A DNA stretch of 64,000 nt from Callorhinchus milii (lineage: Eukaryota): contig NW_024704742.1 in the NCBI RefSeq assembly GCF_018977255.1, forward strand, positions 100,566,001-100,630,000, written 5' to 3'. Below the pieces are notes generated by a model. It searched no databases and was not told the origin of the DNA. It saw only the letters and a list, made by a program, of their open reading frames with translations. The position numbers and the translations under genes are program-made. Positions 26,128 to 36,575 of the stretch are shown here, in pieces (the first letter of the stretch is position 1; each line of letters starts with the position of its first letter).

Positions 26128-26378
26128 ACACACTCACACAGTCACTCACACACACAGTCACTCACACACACACACTCACTCACACACACACTCACTCACT
26201 CACTCACAGTCACTCACTCACACACACTCACACACACTCACTCACTCACACTCACACACAGTCACTCACACACACACTCACTCACTCACTCACACAGTCA
26301 CTCACACACACAGTCACTCACACACACACACTCACTCACACACACAGTCACTCACACACACACACTCACTCACTCACT
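26128..26378. repeat. Compound (CA)/(CACT) microsatellite
   Basis: cacacactcactcacacacacagtcact-type units; UG-rich on the minus strand. Confidence 0.95.
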
Positions 26379-26457
26379 GGTCATATATATATACACATAT
26401 ATGTCAGTCACTGATACACACAGAGCAGAGAGGCCGGAGAGCACTGCAATCCGTCTG

Positions 26458-28125
26458 ACTCACCACCACCACAGCCTCTGCTCACACTCACCACCACCAC
26501 AGCCTCTGCTCACACTCACCACCACCACCACAGCCTCTGCTCACACTCACCACCACCACAGCCTCTGCTCACACTCACCACCACAGCCTCTGCTCACACT
26601 CACCACCACCACAGCCTCTGCTCACACTCACCACCACAGCCTCTGCTCACACTCACCACCACCACAGCCTCTGCTCACACTCACCACCACCACAGCCTCT
26701 GCTCACACTCACCACCACCACAGCCTCTGCTCACACTCACCACCACCACAGCCTCTGCTCACACTCACCACCACCACAGCCTCTGCTCACACTCACCACC
26801 ACCACAGCCTCTGCTCACACTCACCACCACAGCCTCTGCTCACACTCACCACCACCACAGCCTCTGCTCACACTCACCACCACAGCCTCTGCTCACACTC
26901 ACCACCACCACAGCCTCTGCTCACACTCACCACCACCACAGCCTCTGCTCACACTCACCACCACCACAGCCTCTGCTCACACTCACCACCACCACAGCCT
27001 CTGCTCACACTCACCACCACCACAGCCTCTGCTCACACTCACCACCACCACCACAGCCTCTGCTCACTCACCACCACCACAGCCTCTGCTCACACTCACC
27101 ACCACCACAGCCTCTGCTCACACTCACCACCACTACAGCCTCTGCTCACACTCACCACCACCACCACAGCCTCTGCTCACACTCACCACCACCACAGCCT
27201 CTGCTCACACTCACCACCACCACAGCCTCTGCTCACACTCACCACCACCACCACAGCCTCTGCTCACACTCACCACCACCACCACAGCCTCTGCTCACAC
27301 TCACCACCACCACCACAGCCTCTGCTCACACTCACCACCACCACCACAGCCTCTGCTCACACTCACCACCACAGCCTCTGCTCACACTCACCACCACCAC
27401 AGCCTCTGCTCACACTCACCACCACTACAGCCTCTGCTCACACTCACCACCACCACAGCCTCTGCTCACACTCACCACCACCACAGCCTCTGCTCACACT
27501 CACCACCACCACAGCCTCTGCTCACACTCACCACCACCACAGCCTCTGCTCACACTCACCACCACTACAGCCTCTGCTCACACTCACCACCACCACAGCC
27601 TCTGCTCACACTCACCACTACTACAGCTTCTGCTCACACTCACCACCACCACAGCCTCTGCTCACACTCACCACTACTACAGTTTCTGCTCACACTCACC
27701 ACCACTACAGCCTCTGCTCACACTCACCACCACCACAGCCTCTGCTCACACTCACCACTACTACAGCTTCTGCTCACACTCACCACCACCACAGCCTCTG
27801 CTCACACTCACCACTACTACAGCTTCTGCTCACACTCACCACCACTACAGCCTCTGCTCACACTCACCACCACCACAGCCTCTGCTCACACTCACCACTA
27901 CTACAGCTTCTGCTCACACTCACCACCACCACAGCCTCTGCTCACACTCACCACTACTACAGCTTCTGCTCACACTCACCACCACTACAGCCTCTGCTCA
28001 CACTCACCACCACCACAGCCTCTGCTCACACTCACCACTACTACAGCTTCTGCTCACACTCACCACCACCACAGCCTCTGCTCACACTCACCACCACAGC
28101 CTCTGCTCACACTCACCACCACAGC
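26458..28125. repeat. 28-bp minisatellite (25/28/31-bp variants), about 58-60 copies
   Basis: Unit ctcaccaccaccacagcctctgctcaca with a variable number of cac triplets. Confidence 0.97.
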
Positions 28126-28127
28126 CC

Positions 28128-28137
28128 GTCACGTGAG
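28128..28137. promoter_or_regulatory. CLEAR/USF-type extended E-box GTCACGTGAG, candidate SNX24 promoter element
   Basis: 9/10 match to GTCACGTGAC in a ~70-bp unique island between two minisatellites upstream of SNX24. Confidence 0.4.
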
Positions 28138-28191
28138 CTACTTCATTCCAGGCCCCTCACACACCCTCACACACTGCCTAACACTGCACTA

Positions 28192-29083
28192 ACCAGCCTG
28201 ACCCCCCCCCCCCCACAGCTCGCACCCCCACCCCAGCCTGTCCCCCTATCCAGCCTGACCTCCCCTCCAGCCTGTCCCCCCCTCCAGCCTGTCCCCCCTC
28301 CAGCCTGTCCCCCCCTCCAGCCGGTCCCCCCCCTCCAGCCTGTCCCCCCCCTCCAGCCTGTCCCCCCCTCCAGCCTGACCCCCCCTCCAGCCTGCCCCCC
28401 CCCTCCAGCCTGTCCCCCCTCCAGCCTGTCCCCCCCTCCAGCCTGTCCCCCCCCTCCAGCCTGTCCCCCCCTCCAGCCTGTCCCCCCCTCCAGCCTGAAC
28501 CCCCCTCCAGCCTGACCCCCCCCTCCAGCCTGTCCCCCCCTCCAGCCTGCCCCCCCCCTCCAGCCTGACCCCCCCCTCCAGCCTGTCCCCCCCTCCAGCC
28601 TGTCCCCCCCTCCAGCCTGTCCCCCCCTCCAGCCTGTCCCCCCCTCCAGCCTGTCCCCCCCTCCAGCCTGTCCCCCCCTCCAGCCTGTCCCCCCTCCAGC
28701 CTGTCCCCCCCTCCAGCCTGTCCCCCCCTCCAGCCTGTCCCCCCCTCCAGCCTGTCCCCCCCTCCAGCCTGTCCCCCCCTCCAGCCTGACCCCCCCTCCA
28801 GCCTGTCCCCCCCTCCAGCCTGTCCCCCCTCCAGCCTGACCCCCCCCTCCAGCCTGCCCCCCCCCTCCAGCCTGTCCCCCCCTCCAGCCTGTCCCCCCCC
28901 TCCAGCCTGACCCCCCCCTCCAGCCTGTCCCCCCCCTCCAGCCTGACCCCCCCTCCAGCCTGCCCCCCCCCTCCAGCCTGACCCCCCCTCCAGCCTGCCC
29001 CCCCCTCCAGCCTGTCCCCCCCTCCAGCCTGCCCCCCCCCCTCCAGCCTGACCCCCCCTCCAGCCTGTCCCCCCCTCCAGCCT
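28192..29083. repeat. C-rich ~15-17 bp minisatellite
   Basis: Unit ccagcctg(t/a/c)cccccc(c)t repeated over ~890 bp. Confidence 0.97.
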
Positions 29084-29609
29084 GCTACTGTTACACAATC
29101 AGAATATTGAAAAATAGTGCTCAGTGTTTTAAACAAATAATAATAATCCTTGCATTTGATATCGTGCCTTATCACGTCTTCAAGGCATCTCAAGGTGCTT
29201 CAAAGAATGTACTGAAAAGTTAATTGACTATATGTTGTGTAAAATTAAGTGAGCGCGTTACACAGAAATCAAAATGGATTGCCACAGTATGAAGATCTTT
29301 CAAATAAATGCAAAATTCCAGTGAACAATTTTCTTTGTTTTCCCTCTATATAGCAGTTAAACCATTAGATGGCAGTTATCACATTCCTAATCTCTGGAAC
29401 TCCCACCCTATTGCTTCTATGTGTCTTCAAATCCTGCCTAAAAATCTATCTATTTGATCTTGCGGTCACCTCCCCATTCCCCCTTCCTTTCTCCCTCAAT
29501 TTGTGTTCAACCATATCCTTGTGAAGCGCTCTGAGACATTATCCTAAATGCAAGTTGTTGGATATACTGTATATTGAATGGAGCCCATTCTAGTTTACTA
29601 ATACAAGAG

Positions 29610-30965
29610 CAACAACAGTAAAGTTACATTTGTATAGCACCTTTCACATTGGGAGAATGTCCCAAGGCGCTGGACAATCAGTGTTTCAGACCTGAGCTGA
29701 GGGTTGGGAATGGGGAGGGTGGAGGGCAGGGGGGAAAGCAGAGAGATCGAAGAGGAGGGTCTGGAGATGGGTCTTGAAGGAGGCAAGGAAGGAGGCGAGG
29801 CAGAGGAACTGCGGAATGGAGTTCCAGAGAGTGGGGCAGAGTGGCTGAAGGCCCGCCCTCCAATGGTGGGGCGGGCGAGGCAAGGGACGTAAAGCAGGCC
29901 AGAGGTTGGTAGGGGATTAGGAGGTCGCAGAGGTAGGGGGGAGCAAGGCCATGGAGGGCTTTGAAGGTGAAGACCAGGATCTTGAACTGTATCCTCTGTG
30001 TGATGGGAAGCCAGTGGACGAAGATGGAGGTGATAGGATCATGGAGCCTGGTGCAGGACAGGACATCGGCTGCAGAGTTCTGGATGATCTGCAGCCTATG
30101 GAAGGAAGAGTTGGGGAGGCCGACAAACAGGGAGTTTGCCTAGTCAAGCCTGGATGTTATGAAAGCTTGTTTGAGGGTTTCGGCGGCCTGTGGTGTGAGA
30201 CATGGCTGAACCGAGTGATGTTGCAGTGGTGGGGGAAGGCAGAGTGGGTCATGGCGCAGATGTGGGATAGAAAGGATAGTTCAGAGTCAAACAAGACCCC
30301 AAGATTCTCGACTGGCTTAGCAAGGGGAGTGTGGGTCCTTGGATGGTGATGCTGTCAACGCCTGAGGTGAGAAGGAGCTGACGAGAGTCAATCAGAAGAG
30401 CCTCAGTCTTTTTGACATTCAACTGTAGAAAGTTGACTCTCATCCAGGACTTCATGACTGACAGTGGTCCTGGAGTCAAGGGTGGAGGCAGAGAGGTATA
30501 GTTGGGTGTCATCCGCATACATGTCACCAAGAGAGAGCATGTAGATATTGAAGAGGAGGGGACCAAGGACAGAGCCCCGAGGAACGTCACACGAGACGGT
30601 CCGGGGGCTAGAGGAGAAGCCGTTTGTGGAGATGAAGTGGAGGAGGTGAGAGGTACGATCTAAACCAGTCAAGGACAAAACCATGAAGGATGTGACACGG
30701 TGGAGGAAGATAGAGTAGTCAACGGTATCGAAGGCAGCAGAGAGGTCAAGAAGGACGAGGAGGCAGAGGGAGGTCTGGTCACAGAAGACAAAATGTCATT
30801 TGTCACTTTGACCAAAGCTGTTTCTTTGCAGGCAGGACCTTGGAAAGGGAGGCTGGACATGGGGCGCTGATTTGAGAGCAGGGATGGGTCCAGGGAGGGT
30901 TTTTTAAGGATTGGAGTGACGACTGTTTTTAAAGCCATGGGAACGGTGCCAGTAGACAGGGAGAG
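29610..30965 (-). mobile_element. L2 LINE, internally deleted RT and 3' end
   Basis: [51 protein letters not shown] remnants and tail. Confidence 0.92.
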
Positions 30966-31869
30966 TCAGTAACAGCAAAGGTAGGAAAAATTGCTGTGCA
31001 ACAATGTTTATTACGACAGTATACTGTTTATTTGGTATCATTATGCATTGGAACACAATATGTGTATAAACACAACATATAATACCTTTATAACAATTGC
31101 AACATTTTGACAAGATGAGTACTGTTGTAAAACTGTTCCACTTTGCACAAATGATACATTAACCAAAACAGCAACATAATTGTAAATTTCAAAACATGAA
31201 GACAAAACATTCTATTTTATTGATGATAAAATATTAACCATTAAATGATGCATCTAAATAGTATTTTATCTTTGGTAACTTATTAATCTATAATAATAGG
31301 AAAACATTTAATTTGTGAGTGATTATTGATCTTTTTATCTCCTAAGGGTGAGGCTGTCCAAGACAGTCTGAGCATGTCGTTCGTACCTATGGGAAATCAT
31401 CACATGGATGCAAATGGATGCAAGAGCAATGACATTACACGCATTTGAAAGTGGTAGCCTTCTAAAGAGACTCAGCTTAAGAGATCTGCCTATGAGTGTT
31501 AGAAATATTAAGTTGCCTCAACGTAAGTACTGTACTTAAATGGAAATAGTCCTGATTCAGCATGGAGAGAAATAGACTTTAAATAGCGCCATTCACAAAT
31601 AATAGCATCTCAGAGTGCTGCACTTTGGTAGGGTTGGACACCATCGATGGGAAGGGATAGGAAGAGGAGAGGCGACCATAAGCACTTGAAGATGTAAGTT
31701 TTAATGAGGGATTTAAAGATTATATAAAGACAGAGCAACATAGAGAGATTGAGGCAGGGGTGTAGTGATTGAAGGTGATGGTGGTGTGAATGGATCGGAG
31801 AACGTGCAGCAGACCTATGTCTAACTCAGCAAAGGGGGTCGGCAGTGGAGTGGGATACAAGGACGTGAA

Positions 31870-32075
31870 TGTGCTTCCTCCCTTTCCTCATTCAAGGCCG
31901 GTCTCAAGACCTTTCTCTTCGACCGTGCCTTCAGCTCCCCTCTCGACTCTCTACCCCTCCTCGCCTCCTCCCTTCCCTCTACTCACCCTGACCATTTCCC
32001 CCCTGCTCGGGTCCTGACCCAACTGTCCAGCGCCTTAGGACGTCCTGCCGACGTGAAAGGCGCTCTATAAATGAA
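31870..32075 (+). mobile_element. L2 3' tail fragment
   Basis: ttcaaggccggtctcaagacc...gacgtcctgccgacgtgaaaggcgctctataaat. Confidence 0.8.
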
Positions 32076-32879
32076 ACCAGCGTGGAGTCTGTACTGCGTC
32101 GTTCCTAAAACAGATTGAGATTTTGTTCAGTGTTAAAGATCACATGACATATTTTCACAGAACAGGGAGATTCTTTGGATGTTGTGACCAATTCTATCTT
32201 CATCCAAACTCAACGACATTTCAAACTCAGGTAATTGTTCATGCCACACAATGAAACATATGCAGAGATTGTCCAATGGTAACTCAAATAGAGTTTTTAG
32301 AAATGTGACTGTGCTTGCTTGTATTGAGTGTACATCTATTTTGGTACGTCTTTTGTTGCAGCAGTAACAATAGTGGAAGCAGTCACATTCAAATGGGAAA
32401 GTACAATGTAGTGCGTGGGCATTAAACATGGTACAAGCAGCGTCAGAAAGATAGATCACTGACAGTCAGTGTCCCGATGTGCATGTTAGAGACACAGCAG
32501 AGAATGTAGTCATTGATCTGGCTGAAGCAAGACTTAGATATTCTCACATATGTCAACTTTCCCTCAGTTATGATTTCAATTTCACTCCATTCCATATACA
32601 GGAATCTGAAAATCAACCAGTCAGATACATTTTTGCCCTATTTTCATCTGTCACTGAGGATCCCAGCACTGACTGGCTACAAATTGTTTTTGGACTAAAG
32701 TGAGGCCATTCCTTTCATCCAGCACAAAATGCTGGCTAGAAATTGAGACTTCATATTGTTCATTCTCTGATCATGATAAGGAATTCAACATTAGCACAGT
32801 ACATGTGCTACTTCAAACCAGTGACTTACAACACCTATGGATCTTGCATTTTTGCTAGTTGAGTTTCCATTGGATAGAA

Positions 32880-35045
32880 ACAGAAACATAAATACGTGGA
32901 ATCTGTGTGGAATATAGTGCATACAACAAGGGGCAGAAAACACTAGTGGGAATAGTTTATGGACTCGCCGAACAGCAGTTACAATATTGGGCAGAGTATT
33001 AAACAGGAAATTAGAAGAGCATGTAACAAAGGTAATACAATAATAGTGGGTGATTTCAATCTTCATGTAGACTGGGAAAAAACAAATTGGCAAAAATAAA
33101 TTAGAGGATGAGTTTATGGAATGCATTAGAGGAGGGCTAATCAGTAATCTTGAAGTTAAGGCTCCTCTAGGGTAGATTAACCATAATATGATGGAGCTTA
33201 ATATTAAGTTTGAGAGTGATGTAGTTAAGTCATCACTCTCAGACCCTTAACAAGGGTCTTAAATTTAAATAAAGCCAACTTTGCAGGTATGAGGGACGAT
33301 TTGGCTAAAATAGACTGGGAAAGTAGATTAAAAGATATGATGGTAGACAAGCAATGACAAATGTTCAAAGATATATTATATAATTCCCAGCTAACACATA
33401 TTCCCTTGAGATATAAAAATTCCATGGGAAAAGTGGTTCAACCATGGCTAACTAGAAAAGTTAAGGAAAGTATAAAATTGAAAGTAGAGGCCTGCAATAT
33501 TGTCAAAAAGAGCAGTAAACCTGAGGATTGGGAGGGCTTCAGAGATCAGCAAAGGATACCCAAGAAACTGATTAAGAGGGAGAAAATGGAATATGAGAGT
33601 AAACTAGCTGAAGATATAAAAACAGATTGTAAGAGGTTTTACAAGTATATACAGAGGAAGAGATTAACAAAAAGATTGTGGCTAGTGGGTGTCGCAAGGA
33701 TCAATGCTTGGCCTCAACTGTTTAGATTCTACATCAATGACTTAGATGAGGAAATAGAGCTTACAGGCTGAGACAGGATAAATTATAATAGGGAATAAAG
33801 AAACGGCAGAGTCACTAAACAAATATTTTGCTTCCATCTTCACATTAGAAGATCCTACAAACTTACCAAAAATAGTGCAGAACCAAGAGACTAACGTTAG
33901 TGAGGAACTTAAAGAAATTAATATCAGTAAAGTAATAGTACTAGAGAAATTGATGGGACTAAAAATTGATAAATCCCCTGGACTTGATGGCCAGTGTTCT
34001 AGGTTTTTAAAAGAGGTGGCTGCAGAGATAGTGGATGCGTTGTTTATGATCTTCCAAAATTTCCTGGAGTCTGGAACGATTCCCGTTGATTGGAAGGTCG
34101 CAAACGTAACACTGCTATTTCAGAAGGGTGGAAGAGAAAAAATGGGGAACTTTAGACCAATTAACCTGTCACTGGTGGTAGGGAACGTTCTGGAGTCTAT
34201 AATTAGGGACGTCGTCATGAGGCACTTAGAAAGTCATCATATGATTAGGCAGTCAACACGGATTTATGAAAGGGAAATCGTGTTTAACAAATCTTTTAGA
34301 GTTTTTTGAAGACGTAACTAGCAGGTTAGATAGGGGGAACCAGTGGATATAATGTATTTGGATTTTCGGAAGGCATTCGACAAGGTGCCATATAAAAGGT
34401 TATCACATAAGATTAGGACTCATGGAATTAAGGGTAAAATGGGTCCTTCTCAGATTGGAATCCTGTAGCTCAGTGGTTAGTGTACTCACCTTGCAAGCGA
34501 GACAACTGGGTTCAATTCCAGGCAGGGCGAAACCTTGGGCAAGTTTCTTTACTCCACACGCCTGATAATAACACCTCCAACGTAGATTCATTAGGTTGGT
34601 TCCTGGGATGAGGGGGTTGACGTACAAGGAGAGGTTGAGTAGACTAAACCTATATTCTCTAGAATATAGAAGAATTAGAGATGTTCCTATAGAAACCTAT
34701 AAGATTCTTAAGGGTCTTGACAGGGTAGATATTGTGAGACTGTTTCCCCTGGTTGGAAAATCTAAAACTAGGGGTCATAGTCTCAGGATTAAAGGTCAGC
34801 CTTTTAGAACTGAGTTGAGAAAACATTTCTTCACTTAAGAGGATAGTGAATTCATGAAGGCTGTGGATGCTCAGTCATTGAACACATTCAAGACTGAGAC
34901 CGAGAGATTTTTAAAAACTAAAGGAATTAAGGGATATGGGGATAGGGTGGGTAAATAGAATTAGGTTAGAAGATCAGCCATGGTTTTATTAAATGGCAAG
35001 GCAGGCTCGAGGGGCTGAATGGCCTACTCCTGCTCCTTCCTATTT
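32880..35045 (+). mobile_element. CR1 LINE ORF2, ~2.1 kb, rearranged
   Basis: Endonuclease (IVGDFNLHVDW), linker (PWLTRKVKESIK), RT start (KSPGLDG, DWKVANVTLLFQKG, YLDFRKAFDKVP), C-terminus (KTRGHSLRIKG) and 3' tail. Confidence 0.93.
34457..34580 (+). mobile_element. 5' half of the tRNA-derived SINE inside a CR1
   Basis: ggaatcctgtagctcagtggttag...cctccaa, after which CR1 sequence resumes. Confidence 0.88.
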
Positions 35046-36489
35046 ACGTTTTATACAATTATTCCAAGTTCATCTGTGAAGATATGCATAAGAAGTCCCA
35101 TAACATCCTCACAAGGTCAGCAGAGAATAAGGGTTTTAATCATATATAGTTGATGGAACATTCATTAGGATTGTCTTATTGCTCATTTACATAAGTCACA
35201 TGTAGAGACGAAATTGAGCATAGTGCTTCCAATTGTCCTTTGGTAGTACTAGTCACTGCACCTACTTGACTCTTAGCAGTCCATTAAAGCTACTGCTTTC
35301 TCGAATATTTAAAGCACAGGAAAACAGGGATTTGCTCCAATGTAGACAGAATGAGCTCATTCTGTCCACATTGAGCAAATCTGTTTTTCCAATATCCTTT
35401 TAAATTCTATGAACTGTTTCAACTGCCATTTGTGGTAAGGAATAACCATAGCTCAACAAAATGATTAGCTCACCAATCATTGAAGGGTCACTAATTAACT
35501 TTCAAAACTACTCAAATTTGAAAGGTTCACTTAGATTCCCGCAAGTACCAAAACCCGTTCATAATTCTTTGGAAACATCCTTGCTTATTATAAGGTTCTG
35601 TATCAATTTCATAATAATTTGATAGTACCATATATTGTTATATTAGGAACCAGAGTATTCTGCCAAGAACTATAAGTTAGGTGACTATATTCTGGACCAA
35701 CTATCTTGGGCCCTTTTCTGTAATTAAGGTCCAACTTGGGGGAGAGAAAACCTTTTGATGGCTCATATCATACTTAAAATTATGATTTTGTATCTAATTC
35801 CTATAAAACAGCCAATTAATTTCCAAGAATGAAACACAAGCGTCATTCACAGCAAAATCTGAATTCTAGTACTGGCAATGAATTGATAATTACAATAAAA
35901 TATGGTAGCACTATTAGCAAGAAGAAAAATAAAGCACCAAAATATTTGCTCCACCTGGCTATATTCTGTGTAAACGCACATGTGAGAGAAGTATAAAAGC
36001 CTGCATACTTGGGGGAAAAAAAGCACACGGAACGCAAAGGGAGAGGAGGAAGGTTTCAAAAATGAGGAAGATGAGAAAAATTATGATTTGCTTTAGGTAA
36101 ACAGGAAGGAGATTTAGGATTTGTTTGAGGTAAGAGATAGAATAAAGAAGTATGGTTGTTAAAGTTTAGAGAAATACAAAGTGTCGTTAAGAATAAATAC
36201 AAAGAAATATTGTTAACGTTCAAGGAAATACAGAATTATTATTAATGTTCAAAGAAAGTTTGCGTTAAAGAGTATAGAGTTAAAGCACGTAGGTTTAAAA
36301 CAGTGAATTGTAAGAGGCACGTTAATGAATAAGAGTGAAAGAAGGATAGTGGTCTCTGATTCCCTCTGTTCCTGGGTCTTGACCGAATCTTTATAAATTA
36401 GAAGCGTACGCAACAAAACATACCATTTTGCTTCGTCTAAATTAAATGGAAAATGGGAAAACAGTGTAATCTACAGAAGCACTACAGGT

Positions 36490-36575
36490 TGAACACAAAA
36501 TTTCAAAAAAAAACAATGCTGGTGATGCGTGAGTACATCCCTTTATTATCACAAAATTCATGATTTCTGTACAGG
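36490..36575 (-). terminator. SNX2: SNX2 polyadenylation signal region
   Basis: Minus strand reads cctgtacag (UGUA) ... gataataaaggg (AATAAA at 36542-36547), then a U-rich downstream element ccagcattgttttttttttgaaattttgtg; implies a 3' UTR of about 470 nt. Confidence 0.7.

Noticed and set aside
26458..28125. CRISPR-like array
   Set aside because: Units are contiguous with no unique spacers, there are no cas genes, and the context is eukaryotic
26068..28515. 815-aa His/Thr/Pro-rich ORF on +
   Set aside because: Made entirely of micro- and minisatellite; the 28-bp unit has no stop in any + frame, so the translation just cycles through three peptides; it is also antisense to SNX24
28178..29193. 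306- and 315-aa Gly-rich ORFs on -
   Set aside because: Translations of the G-rich minisatellite; no coding evidence
33361..34838. Active CR1 ORF2
   Set aside because: Multiple stops, frameshifts, a rearrangement and deletion of the catalytic ADD region
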